A stretch of 34,711 bases of DNA. Origin: Anaerolineales bacterium. GTDB taxonomy: Bacteria; Chloroflexota; Anaerolineae; Anaerolineales; Villigracilaceae. The stretch lies in assembly GCA_035716785.1 (NCBI GenBank), contig DASTJG010000112.1:1-34711 (forward strand), read 5' to 3'. The position numbers and the translations under genes are program-made. Below the pieces are notes generated by a model, which was given only the letters and a program-made list of their open reading frames with translations, was not told the DNA's origin and did not search any database. This document shows, one piece after another, positions 24,117 through 33,922 of the stretch (position 1 is its first letter; each line of letters starts with the position of its first letter).

Positions 24117-25904
24117 CTAATCCACTGTCAACGTCTTCGACAAATTCCTCGGGAAGTCCGGGTCGAAGCCGCGCATGACGCTCATGTGATAGGAGAGCAT
24201 CTGCAGCGGCAGGACACCCAGCAGGGCGCTGATTTGTGCGTCCGATTTGGGGAGCACAATTACATCGTCGGCGTTGGCGCGCAGGCGCGGGTCCTCCTCC
24301 GCGATGACAATTGCGCGTGCGCCGCGGACCTTGACTTCGTTGATGCCGCTGATGATCAACGGTACATCTTCGGGACCTGCTACAAAAATGATCGGGAAAC
24401 CCTTGCTCACCGCGGAGAGCGGTCCGTGTTTGAACTCGGTCGAGAGCATCCCTTCGCAATGGGCGTAGGTGATCTCCTTCAGTTTCAATGCGCCTTCCAA
24501 CGCGATGGGGTAGGTCGCGCCATAACCAAGACAGTACATATCTTCCCATTGGTTGATGTCTTTTGCGATGGCTTCCACCTGCTTGCCAATGGCGCCCATG
24601 GTTTGTTCCATCAATTCCGGGATGCGCTCCAGTTCGCGCGCCTCGCGTCCTGCCATACGATAGGCGAGATACAGAAATGTGATGACCTGGTTGGTGAACG
24701 TCTTCGTCGCGGGAACGCTGATCTCGTAGCCGCAGCACAGGGGCAGGCAGAACGAGGTCGCTTTGGTCAGCGTGGAGCCGATCACGTTGGCGAGTCCATA
24801 ACAGTCCATGCCGCGCTTCTCGGCGGCTTCCAGCGCGTTCAAGACATCCTTTGTCTCGCCCGACTGGCTGACGAAGAGCCCCACATCCTCATGTCCCACC
24901 GCGGGCGCGTACTGCGGGATGAACTGCGGCGCCAGCACAGGGATGGCAGGTTTGCCTGCCAGCTGCGCGAAATAGACCGAGCCTGCCAGCGCGGCGTGAT
25001 AGCTTGTACCACAGGCGATGAAGTACAAATGGCGCGCCCGCTTCATCTTATCCACCAATTGTTCAACCTCAGGGCTGCCGTCGAGCAGATGCAAAAGCTC
25101 GCGCGCCACTTGCGGCTGCTCGTGGATCTCCTTCAGCATGAAGTGGGGATAGCCACCTTTCTGCACGGCGTCCATCGACTCAGTCACCTCTTCGGGTGCT
25201 CGTTCGATCAGCTTTCCATCCTTCACCGAGCGGACCTCCACGCGGTCCGCCCAGAGCGTGACGATCTCACCGTCCTGTGGGCGGATGATCGTGCGTGTCA
25301 GCGGCAGGATCGACGGCAGGTCGGACGAGACGCATGTGAAGCCCTCGCCAATGCCCACCACCATGCCCGAGCCCTTTTTGAAGGCATAGAGTTTATCGTC
25401 GTTTGCGCGCCCGATGACGAAAGCATAATCGCCCTGCAGGTCGCCGTACGCCAGGCGGATCGCGTCGATGAACTGGTAGCCGCGATTGATATACCGCTCC
25501 ACCGCGTGGACACAGGTCTCGCCATCGTTTTGCGAACGGACGGTCATGCCCTCGGCGATGAACTGTTCACGCAGCTCGACGTTGTTCACCACATTGCCGT
25601 TGTGCGCGCCGACCATGTCACCATCTGAATCAATATGTGGCTGCGAATTGACCTGTGAGGGTTCTCCGAACGTTGCCCAGCGCAGCTGTGTAATGCCGCG
25701 CTGTCCGGTCATCTCGGCGAAGCGATATTTTTCCGACACCGTCTCCACTTTGCCAACATCTTTACGCAGATCGATCGTGCCATTGTTCAACGTCGCCGCG
25801 CCGACCGAGTCATAGCCGCGGTAGGTGAGTCGCTGCGCCGCTTCGATCAAAATGGGTCCCAATTTTTTTTCTTTGTTCGTTACGTATCCGAAGATACCGC
25901 ACAT
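24117..25904 (-). CDS. glmS: Glutamine--fructose-6-phosphate transaminase (isomerizing), divergent type
   Basis: MCGIFG, YRGYDS, RWAT, HNG, ACGTSYHA, SQSGETKD, ALKLKEI, EFKHGP, PRNLSKTLTVD. Confidence 0.93.
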   Translation of the reverse strand: MCGIFGYVTNKEKKLGPILIEAAQRLTYRGYDSVGAATLNNGTIDLRKDVGKVETVSEKYRFAEMTGQRGITQLRWATFGEPSQVNSQPHIDSDGDMVGAHNGNVVNNVELREQFIAEGMTVRSQNDGETCVHAVERYINRGYQFIDAIRLAYGDLQGDYAFVIGRANDDKLYAFKKGSGMVVGIGEGFTCVSSDLPSILPLTRTIIRPQDGEIVTLWADRVEVRSVKDGKLIERAPEEVTESMDAVQKGGYPHFMLKEIHEQPQVARELLHLLDGSPEVEQLVDKMKRARHLYFIACGTSYHAALAGSVYFAQLAGKPAIPVLAPQFIPQYAPAVGHEDVGLFVSQSGETKDVLNALEAAEKRGMDCYGLANVIGSTLTKATSFCLPLCCGYEISVPATKTFTNQVITFLYLAYRMAGREARELERIPELMEQTMGAIGKQVEAIAKDINQWEDMYCLGYGATYPIALEGALKLKEITYAHCEGMLSTEFKHGPLSAVSKGFPIIFVAGPEDVPLIISGINEVKVRGARAIVIAEEDPRLRANADDVIVLPKSDAQISALLGVLPLQMLSYHMSVMRGFDPDFPRNLSKTLTVD

Positions 25905-25928
25905 TTATTTTTTCTCCTTGATTATTTT

Positions 25929-25975
25929 GTAGGGGCGAGACCCTCTCGCCCGGGGCGGGATCACCCCGCCCCTAC
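25929..25975. repeat. GTAG-type REP element
   Basis: GTAGGGGCG-agaccctctcgccc-ggggcgggatcaccc-CGCCCCTAC. Confidence 0.8.
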
Positions 25976-25979
25976 GATA

Positions 25980-26405
25980 TTATTCCAACTTCAAATTCCC
26001 ATTTTCATCAAAAGGAAAGAACGGGTTATAGGCAACCTCCCAGCAGTTCCCATCGGGATCGGCAAAGTAGGAGCTATACCCGCCCCAAAACACCTTTTGC
26101 GGTTCTTTGAGAATTTTCACGCCTTTCGCTTTCAGGTCGCGAATGATCTCATCTACTTCTGTTTCACTCTGGGCATTGTATGCCAGCGTAAATCCAGCAA
26201 AGCCATTTCCTTCAGATGGGACAAGAGCATCTTTCGCCAGTTCTTCGCGCGGAAAGAGTGCCAATACGACTCCGCCTGCCTGAAAGAATTTAATATCGTC
26301 ATTGCTGGCACCAGCTGCCTTCCAGCCCAGGATTTGAGAGTAGAACTCATGGGAACGTTTGAGATCGCTCACGCCCAATGTGACGATATGTAAATGCTGA
26401 TTCAT
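25980..26405 (-). CDS. VOC-family (glyoxalase/bleomycin resistance) protein
   Basis: VTLGVSDL...FY, FWGGYSSYFADPDGNCWEVAYNP. Confidence 0.93.
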   Translation of the reverse strand: MNQHLHIVTLGVSDLKRSHEFYSQILGWKAAGASNDDIKFFQAGGVVLALFPREELAKDALVPSEGNGFAGFTLAYNAQSETEVDEIIRDLKAKGVKILKEPQKVFWGGYSSYFADPDGNCWEVAYNPFFPFDENGNLKLE

Positions 26406-26423
26406 GAATACTCCTGCTATGTC

Positions 26424-27578
26424 TCAATTATCCCATGGAGCGACGCCACGCCCATGTTCGCTTCCCAGTGACCTGTGAATGGTCTCCGCTAAATCGGGCA
26501 TGACCTCGGCTGTAGCCGCGAGCAGACCGAAACAACCCGCGATCATCATGTCGCCGAAGGGTGTGGCGAAATATGCGCGTAGGGGCGAGTCATGACTCGC
26601 CCCTACAAATAATGAACGCCTCGGCCCCGTAACCACCACATCAAAATCATCTTTGCCGAATTCGAACCTTTCCTGTGAATACATCAATGCGCCGTGCCCC
26701 ATGTCGTTAAAGACATCTTCATGTTTTAGTGTGCTATCTGCCAATGCATGCAACAGCGACTCCAGCTTGGGCAGATCGATCTCGCCGGTATGGTGTTCGA
26801 AGACGCCTTCGACCCCTTTCTCGCCCAGACGGAAGGCCAGCGTATGGAAATTCCCTACGTTGCAAATGATCTTCTGTGTGCGTGCAGCGACAACCGGGTC
26901 GAAGTCTGCGCCCAGGATCGCGGCCGGTGCGGTATCCATCACGACCAGCGGACAAGGCAGCTCACCGGCCGAGTCCGCGACGGATTGCAGACGGCTCATG
27001 ATTTTGGGAATATCCGAGGAGAGAAAGGCAAAAGATGAAAGAGAATTCTTTGCCCGGATGCGTTCATCGAGATAATCAAATCTGAATTGACGGTCTGAGA
27101 CCCCCGCGGGTGCATTTCCATGGTCAAAGACGGCCACTGCAATAGCTTCCAGGTCGTTCAGGGATACACCGTAATCTCCAAATGTTTTTGAGATTGAGGG
27201 AAAATCGAAATCACGAAGCTCAAGACGATAGACCGTGGACGATAGACCATTCGCTTCATCGTCTGAAATTATTTTGATGCCCAGCGCCTCTACTTTATCC
27301 AATTCATCGTTGAGTGTGGTCGCGGCGGAGGGTGTCATGTAAACAGAAATCCCGGCACGCGCGGCTTCCTCAATTGCCCAGGCGGAGGGTCCACCTCCCA
27401 TTTGGTGGCCGGTGAACAGGAGCGGAGTCCGCGCCGAAAGCGCCTGCTTGACGCGGCGATGGATCATCATCGTGGGGGAGGGCAGGATGAGCTTATAGCC
27501 GTTCTCGATATCGAGTTGGGAATCGTAGAGGAAGATGTCCTGTGTGCCTGTACCGATATCTACCGTTAAAATTTTCAT
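26424..27578 (-). CDS. DUF1786-family protein (ASKHA-like fold)
   Basis: MKILTVDIGTGTQDI, LPSPT, MGGGP, DHG, MDT, NVGNFHT, FEHHT, TGPRR, GDMMIAGCFGL. Confidence 0.85.
   Translation of the reverse strand: MKILTVDIGTGTQDIFLYDSQLDIENGYKLILPSPTMMIHRRVKQALSARTPLLFTGHQMGGGPSAWAIEEAARAGISVYMTPSAATTLNDELDKVEALGIKIISDDEANGLSSTVYRLELRDFDFPSISKTFGDYGVSLNDLEAIAVAVFDHGNAPAGVSDRQFRFDYLDERIRAKNSLSSFAFLSSDIPKIMSRLQSVADSAGELPCPLVVMDTAPAAILGADFDPVVAARTQKIICNVGNFHTLAFRLGEKGVEGVFEHHTGEIDLPKLESLLHALADSTLKHEDVFNDMGHGALMYSQERFEFGKDDFDVVVTGPRRSLFVGASHDSPLRAYFATPFGDMMIAGCFGLLAATAEVMPDLAETIHRSLGSEHGRGVAPWDN
26579..26606. repeat. Perfect 28-bp GTAG REP palindrome inside the DUF1786 CDS
   Basis: GTAGGGGCGAGTCATGACTCGCCCCTAC, same ends as the intergenic REP at 25929. 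Confidence 0.85.
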
Positions 27579-27608
27579 AGCAAGCTGTAGTGATCACTTA
27601 AGTCGTCA

Positions 27609-28481
27609 CTACACCTCAATGCCAAGCCACTGGCGGATGAAGTATCCGATCACGAATGAAAATGCAGCCACGCTGAGGCTGAGAACTGCCATTTCGGTAA
27701 AGCGTGCCCGGAAGGATTCGCCCTTGGCAACTGAGATGTAGTAATTGAACACAGCAATAATAATCACTGCAATGGTCAGCGTGATGATCAGGTCAAGAAT
27801 GTAGTTTTCAAACAACAGATAGGGGAGCACAAGCAGTGCCACTGTAATGATATAAGCGATTCCCGTGTAGATCGCGGCCCGCACGGGATGTTTGCTTGTT
27901 TCTTCGGAACGTGTGGAGAGGTACTCAGAGGCCGCCATGGATAGTGATGCCGCAATCCCGGTGATCAGCCCGGAAAGGGCGATCAACTTCACATCCTGCA
28001 GGGCAAGCGTCAGCCCGGCGAGCGCGCCGGTCAACTCTACCAGCGCGTCGTTGAGCCCGAGCACGATGGACCCCGCATAGCGCAGGCGCTCCTCATCCAG
28101 CATGCCAATGAGCCGCTCCTCGTGCACATCCTCTTCATGCTGAAAATTCGCGGCTTCAGGAATGGCATTCGAAACGCCTGCATAATTCTTTTGCGCCATC
28201 TCTTCACCTCGTTCCATCAACTTGATGCCAAAGGTGAAGCCAAACGCAACACTGATGAAATAATAAAACCAGACGAAGAACCAGCGCGGCTGGATATCCT
28301 GATTGGTATATTTCTTCCAGCCATTGTAATGACGCAGTTCATCCTCAGCGATCTGCTCGATGATTTTTGCGTTCTCGGGTGATTTAATCTGCTTTGCCAG
28401 ACGCTTGTAAATGTGATACTCGGTGATCTCTGTTTGTTGAAAGTTCAGGACCTGCTTGCGAACACTTTCAGAAAGTTGCAT
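27609..28481 (-). CDS. VIT1/CCC1-family Fe/Mn transporter with N-terminal ferritin/rubrerythrin-like domain
   Basis: EITEYHIY, DELRH, EDVHE, VLGLNDALVE, SLSMAASEYLS. AAGGAG SD favours ATG 28481. Confidence 0.9.
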   Translation of the reverse strand: MQLSESVRKQVLNFQQTEITEYHIYKRLAKQIKSPENAKIIEQIAEDELRHYNGWKKYTNQDIQPRWFFVWFYYFISVAFGFTFGIKLMERGEEMAQKNYAGVSNAIPEAANFQHEEDVHEERLIGMLDEERLRYAGSIVLGLNDALVELTGALAGLTLALQDVKLIALSGLITGIAASLSMAASEYLSTRSEETSKHPVRAAIYTGIAYIITVALLVLPYLLFENYILDLIITLTIAVIIIAVFNYYISVAKGESFRARFTEMAVLSLSVAAFSFVIGYFIRQWLGIEV

Positions 28482-28683
28482 ATAACTGTTCTCCTTCATT
28501 TGGATTTCTGTATTGTAAGCTATTTTGAACTTTCCTTTTTGCTTTCAGCGTTTCCTTCTTATGGCCATTTCTACATCGGGGTGTCAAAATAATAGCGTAA
28601 GAAACTGGCGACTTTTATCCTTCCGCATCCTGGAAAAAGATTATATGATTAGCGCGCCATTCAACGTACCCCAGGAGGAACCT

Positions 28684-29463
28684 ATGCAACGCAAAAACCA
28701 AATTCATATTGTGTCATTTGTTTTAGTGTTAATTTTAATCTCTCTCGCCTGTGCCACCTCTCAGCCGACACCTACAAATACACCCAGGCCAACAGCCACG
28801 GAGACCGCTACCCCAACAAAGACTCTCAGGCCATCTCCAACTTCGCGTCCCACAAAGACGCCCAACTTTGGTTTGACCGAGCAGGCAGAAGAGTGGAATG
28901 CTGAACTTGATGAATATGTTGATTTGGGCTACCTGGAACCCACCGAAGGAAAATTCATGAAATTTGATGATTTTCAACAGGAATGGGCGCAGCTGGGCTG
29001 GTATGACTCGTGGCTCAAAAATTTTCAGATCAGTGACTTTTACCTCAGCGGTCATCTCAAATGGTCCAGCGCCTATCGCAGCGCGGATGTCTCTGGTTGT
29101 GGATTTGTCTTTGCGTTGGATGATAAGAGTTATGACCAGTATGCTGTATTTCTCGACCGGTCACAGGTCTATTTTGTCGTAACCGAGGACGGCTACTACA
29201 GGCCATTTAAACCGACCCGCGGGACCGGGCTGGTAAAGTTCGGGAATCCCGCAGATCAACCGGTTGAAGCGGATTTCACCCTGATTGTGCAGGATGCTTA
29301 TGCCCATGTACTGGTGGATGGCAAGCTGGTTGGTGAATATTCTTTATCACAAAGCCGGATGCGCGGCTATTTTGGCCTTTCCCTGCTTTCAGGCACCAAT
29401 AAGGATTATGGGACGCGCTGTGAAATGACAAATCTCCATGGCTGGTATTCAAACGAAGAATAA
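28684..29463 (+). CDS. Hypothetical lipoprotein with Pro/Thr-rich linker and beta-sandwich domain
   Basis: AGGAGG SD, lipobox SLAC, PTPTNTPRPTAT linker. Confidence 0.75.
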   Translation: MQRKNQIHIVSFVLVLILISLACATSQPTPTNTPRPTATETATPTKTLRPSPTSRPTKTPNFGLTEQAEEWNAELDEYVDLGYLEPTEGKFMKFDDFQQEWAQLGWYDSWLKNFQISDFYLSGHLKWSSAYRSADVSGCGFVFALDDKSYDQYAVFLDRSQVYFVVTEDGYYRPFKPTRGTGLVKFGNPADQPVEADFTLIVQDAYAHVLVDGKLVGEYSLSQSRMRGYFGLSLLSGTNKDYGTRCEMTNLHGWYSNEE

Positions 29464-29486
29464 CTGAATATCTTGATCATTAGTTC

Positions 29487-29522
29487 AACAAGCCTCTACG
29501 AGGGAGTCGTAGAGGCTTGTTT
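29487..29522 (+). terminator. Terminator after the lipoprotein gene
   Basis: AACAAGCCTCTACGA-gggag-TCGTAGAGGCTTGTTT. Confidence 0.8.
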
Positions 29523-29620
29523 GGTTTCCCTGTATTGCACCATTTTGTTTATTCCCATAATTTCGGAGTAGCGGTATCATATTGGTGTTATCCTTTCAAA
29601 ACTGATATGGAGTTTCCTGA

Positions 29621-32600
29621 ATGTCTACCCTCGCGCTGACGGAACTGCTTGCCAGCTACGTTCCCAGGCTCATTCAAAACAGAGTTGCCGCAGACCCATC
29701 GCCTATTGAGGCGCCTGTTGCAGAGCGATTTCAAGCCGCCATTCTGTTTGCCGATATTTCAGGCTTTACGCTCCTGACAGAACGTCTGGCTGAAGAGGGA
29801 CCCACGGGCGTCGAGACCCTCGCACGTATTCTCAACGAATATTTTGGTCTGTTAATCGATATCATCCACGCCTATGGAGGGGATGTTGTGAAGTTCGCGG
29901 GCGACGCGGTGATCGCGGTTTGGCCTGTTGTCCCAGATCTAGCCTCCAACACAGCTTCATCTCTCACACCGGATACCGTTTCACGGGCGGATCAATGGCA
30001 ATGGACGATGCGGGCCGCGGAATGCGCGCTCGAAGTCCACAAGCGATTGACTAACTATGAAGTCGAGAATGCCAACCTTTATCTAAAGCTCGCTGTCAGT
30101 ATGGGGATGATTAGTACCGCACATGTAGGCGGGGTATTTAATCGTTGGGAATTCATGATGACAGGCACGCCTCTCGTCGAACTGGGTATTGCCAATAATC
30201 TTGCCAAAGCAGGTGAAATTCTTGTCACGCCTTCTGCGTGGAAATTGATCAGGAACGACTGCAATGCCGAGACAATGGAATTCGAACTCAAGGACACGAT
30301 TGCACAGGGTGGGCGCCTCGAAGCCCTCAATAAACCCTCCTCCATTTTCGGCTTGCCGAAAAAACCTGTCATTCCCGAAGGGGCTGAGAATTCACTCCGC
30401 CCGTATATTCCCGGCGCAGTGATCAACCGCCTGACGGCCGGCCAGGGCAGCTGGATCGCAGAGCTGCGGCGTGTGACCGTCCTTTTCATCAACCTGCCTG
30501 ACCTCGATCAACACACGGAATTGGAGAATGAACAAAATATCGCACGGCTGGTGCAGAAGTCCGTGTATCGCTATGAGGGCAGCATCAACAAGATCAACGT
30601 GGACGATAAGGGTATCACCATTGTCGCAGCTCTCGGGCTGCCTCCTTTCTCACACGAGGATGACCCTGCCCGGGGTGTGCAGGCTGCCCTGATGATCCGC
30701 AAGGAACTGACGAACCTGAACATTCGCAGCCATATTGGAATTACGACCGGCCATATTTTCTGTGGCTCGATCGGAAATGATGCCCGTCGCGAGTATACGA
30801 TCATTGGTAATGCCGTGAATCTCTCGGCGCGCCTGATGGGGGCGGCTAGCAGACAGGATGAGTTGATCGTGAAACACGGGATTCCGATCCTGTGTGACCG
30901 TCTGACATATGACAGCGCGAAGGGCGCGGTGGAGTTCGAGTCGATCCTGTCTCAACAGGTCAAGGGGCGGGCGGAGCCGGTGGAGGTTTTCCATCCGCTG
31001 GAGCTCAAGAAGAGCGTGATCCGCCCGAAGACCGAGTTGATCGGCCGCCAGGAGGAAAAGGCAATGATTGCCAACGCCCTGCAGGAGCTGGCGCGCGGCG
31101 CGCTGCATCAGACGATCCTGCTGCAGGGGGAAGCCGGGATTGGCAAATCGCGTCTCTTCGAGGACCTTGTTCGTCAGGCAGAAACATTGCACGTGAAGAT
31201 GTTTCTGGGCAGCGGGGATACCATTGAAAAGTCGAATCCCTATCATGCCTGGCGTCCCATCTTCAACAGGATTTTTGAAATTGAGGAACTGCTAACCAAC
31301 GGTGATGCCACGGAAGAAGCGCGCCTCGCGCTCCAGAACAAGGTCACTGAAAAACTGACAAGGATTGACCCCGACCTGGCACGTTACGCTCCACTGGCAG
31401 ATGTGGTTCTGCCGATCTCCTTTGATGATAACGAACTGACTGCGGCCATGTCCGGTGAGATTCGCGGTGGGAACGTGCGTGAGTTGTTGACCCGCTTGCT
31501 GTCTTTTGAGGCGAGCCAGGCGCCCCTGCTGATCGTGATGGAGGACTTACACTGGTTCGATTCCGCTTCCTGGGCATTGCTGGTGGATGTCCAGCAAAAG
31601 GTGCAGCCGCTTTTCCTGGCCTTGAATACCCGCCCGCTGCCTGAGCCGGCGCCGATGCAATTCAGACAGATCATCGATACGCCGGGCGCACGCCTGGTGA
31701 AGCTGGAAGCCATGATGCTCGATGACGTGGAAGCACTGGTGTGTCAACGCCTCGGCGTCAAGTCGGTGCCGCAGATGGTGGGCAGGTTGATCCGCGAAAA
31801 GTCGGAAGGGAATCCCTTCTTTGCCGAGGAACTGGCCTATGCTTTGCGGGACTCGGGAATCCTGGTGATCGAGAATCAGGAATGCCGGGTGGATTCACGG
31901 TTCGCAGATGTCGAAGGCGTCACGCTCCCGGATACGCTTCAGGCCGCCATCACGAATCGCATCGACAGCCTCGACCCTGCCCAGCAGCTGACGCTTAAAG
32001 TCGCCAGTGTGATCGGACGCATCTTTGCTTTCCGTGTCCTGCAGGCTGTCCATCCCATCGAGGCCGATAAACCCGCCCTATACGACTGTCTGGAAACCTT
32101 GACGCGTCTGAGCCTGACCCTGGTTGAATCTGAAGCGCCGGATCTTGCCTATGTTTTCAAGCATGCCCTGACACAGGAAGTGGCATACAACCTGATGCTT
32201 TTCTCCCAGCGCCGGCAGTTGCACCAGGCAGTGGCTGAATGGATCGAGAAGAACTACGAAAAGAATCTCGAAGCCTATTACGCACTTCTGGCTCATCACT
32301 GGTCTCAGGCAGCCGAAACGACGGAAGCGCTGCGCAACACTCACGCTCTCCTCAAGGCGGTGGAGTATCTCGATAAGGCCGGTGAACAGGCCATGCAGAA
32401 CTATGCCAATAAGGAAGTGATCCAATTTTTCAGTCAGGCTCTTGAGCTGGATGGAAAGCTGTCGGGACCCGAAGTCGGTCAGGTAGCGCGCGAACGGCAA
32501 ATCCGCCGGGCGCGCTGGCACAGCCGGATCGGCCTGGCTTATTACGGCATCGGGTCCCTGCCGGATTGCGAGAAGCATGTCCGTGAAGCTCTGGATCTGC

Positions 32601-33913
32601 TGGGATATCCCATTCCGAAATCCAGGACACAGTTTGCCCTGGGGTTGCTGCCTCAAGTTCTTCGGCAGGCGTTCCACCGTTATTTCCCCAGGCACTTTAT
32701 TGGGTTGCTTAAAGGACAGGAACGGGAGACCGCCATTGAGGTATCACGTCTTTATGAATTGATGGGCAGAAGTTATTTCTATTCGCAGGAAACACTCCCC
32801 ATCATGTATTGTGTCCTGCGCTTGGTGAACATTGCGGAACGGGCAGGCCCATCTCCGGAACTGGCATCTGCTTATGCAGGCCTGGCGATCCTGGCGGGTT
32901 TTGCTCAATTACATTCCCTGGCAGATATTTATGTGGAACGGGCGCTGGCGGTTGCCGAAAGCGTGAATCAGCCATCCAACCTGATCACCGTGGGAGTGGT
33001 GACCAGTGTTTATCAAATTGCAGTTGGAAAGTGGGATGAGATCCGCACCCGGGCAAAGGAAGCCAGGGCGATCTGTGAGCAACTGGGCGACTATCGCCAA
33101 TGGGGAGATAGTATGGAAATATTGGGCGAGAGTGCGTTGATCTCAGGTGACATTCCGTACGCCCTCGACGTTCTGAAAACATTACTAGAAGATGCGCGTC
33201 AAAGACGAAACCCTTTACAAGTCTGCTGGGGACTATTTGGCGTTGCCGCCATCAAGATCCGGATGGGGGAGGAAGCAGCGGCAATCCCGATGCTGGAGGA
33301 AGAGCTTCAGATCCTGGAGGAGCTTCCCAATCTTGCCTCCTCGATCAATGCAAATGGATCGCTGGCTTTGGCTCATCTGCGCCTTGGCAAATACGAAGAT
33401 GCGCTTACCTATGCGGACCGGGTGATCGACCTGGCGGCGAACAAATCTCCAACGGTTTATTCCATGGACATCGGGTTCGTTGCCGCGGCGGAGGTGTATT
33501 TTGTGCTGTGGGAAAAGGCGCTCCGGAACTCGAGCCGGGGATTGGACGCTGCCCAACACAGACTATATGCCGAAAAGGCAATCAACCTCCTGCGCAATTT
33601 CCAGAAGGTCTTCCCGATCGGACAGGCTTATACATATTATTACCAGGGCTGGTACGAAGAGTTGATCGAAAAGCCTCAGCTGGCTGTTAGATCCTGGCGC
33701 AGGGGATTGGACGCTGCCCGGAAGTTCAATTTACTTTATGAAGAAGGATTGATCCGGGTCAAATTGGCATCTGCCTTGCGTGACAATCCTGCTGAGTCTC
33801 GAGAACATTTGGAGCGAGCCATCCAGATCTTCGAGAAGATGGGCGCAGCCCACGATCTGCGATTTGCGAAGTGGGCCTGGGAGAGTCTCAATGCGAAGGT
33901 TCCGGTGGCTTAA
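29621..33913 (+). CDS. Soluble adenylyl cyclase-like protein: tandem class III cyclase domains + STAND/AAA NTPase + TPR-like repeats
   Basis: C1 FADISGFT and VKFAGDA; C2 DDKG and YTIIGNAVNLSARLM; Walker A GEAGIGKS; Walker B IVMEDLHW; GNPFF; FKHAL. Confidence 0.92.
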   Translation: MSTLALTELLASYVPRLIQNRVAADPSPIEAPVAERFQAAILFADISGFTLLTERLAEEGPTGVETLARILNEYFGLLIDIIHAYGGDVVKFAGDAVIAVWPVVPDLASNTASSLTPDTVSRADQWQWTMRAAECALEVHKRLTNYEVENANLYLKLAVSMGMISTAHVGGVFNRWEFMMTGTPLVELGIANNLAKAGEILVTPSAWKLIRNDCNAETMEFELKDTIAQGGRLEALNKPSSIFGLPKKPVIPEGAENSLRPYIPGAVINRLTAGQGSWIAELRRVTVLFINLPDLDQHTELENEQNIARLVQKSVYRYEGSINKINVDDKGITIVAALGLPPFSHEDDPARGVQAALMIRKELTNLNIRSHIGITTGHIFCGSIGNDARREYTIIGNAVNLSARLMGAASRQDELIVKHGIPILCDRLTYDSAKGAVEFESILSQQVKGRAEPVEVFHPLELKKSVIRPKTELIGRQEEKAMIANALQELARGALHQTILLQGEAGIGKSRLFEDLVRQAETLHVKMFLGSGDTIEKSNPYHAWRPIFNRIFEIEELLTNGDATEEARLALQNKVTEKLTRIDPDLARYAPLADVVLPISFDDNELTAAMSGEIRGGNVRELLTRLLSFEASQAPLLIVMEDLHWFDSASWALLVDVQQKVQPLFLALNTRPLPEPAPMQFRQIIDTPGARLVKLEAMMLDDVEALVCQRLGVKSVPQMVGRLIREKSEGNPFFAEELAYALRDSGILVIENQECRVDSRFADVEGVTLPDTLQAAITNRIDSLDPAQQLTLKVASVIGRIFAFRVLQAVHPIEADKPALYDCLETLTRLSLTLVESEAPDLAYVFKHALTQEVAYNLMLFSQRRQLHQAVAEWIEKNYEKNLEAYYALLAHHWSQAAETTEALRNTHALLKAVEYLDKAGEQAMQNYANKEVIQFFSQALELDGKLSGPEVGQVARERQIRRARWHSRIGLAYYGIGSLPDCEKHVREALDLLGYPIPKSRTQFALGLLPQVLRQAFHRYFPRHFIGLLKGQERETAIEVSRLYELMGRSYFYSQETLPIMYCVLRLVNIAERAGPSPELASAYAGLAILAGFAQLHSLADIYVERALAVAESVNQPSNLITVGVVTSVYQIAVGKWDEIRTRAKEARAICEQLGDYRQWGDSMEILGESALISGDIPYALDVLKTLLEDARQRRNPLQVCWGLFGVAAIKIRMGEEAAAIPMLEEELQILEELPNLASSINANGSLALAHLRLGKYEDALTYADRVIDLAANKSPTVYSMDIGFVAAAEVYFVLWEKALRNSSRGLDAAQHRLYAEKAINLLRNFQKVFPIGQAYTYYYQGWYEELIEKPQLAVRSWRRGLDAARKFNLLYEEGLIRVKLASALRDNPAESREHLERAIQIFEKMGAAHDLRFAKWAWESLNAKVPVA

Positions 33914-33922
33914 GTGTAATTT

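Noticed and set aside
24069-25628. 519-aa ORF antisense to glmS
   Set aside because: Shadow ORF caused by codon bias of the well-supported opposite-strand gene; no recognisable motifs
25905-25979. Possible glmS ribozyme upstream of glmS
   Set aside because: Only 75 nt are available and they are occupied by a GTAG REP and the SD; no ribozyme core seen
28525-28683. TTG-initiated extension of the lipoprotein ORF
   Set aside because: AGGAGG SD and signal peptide/lipobox place the start at 28684
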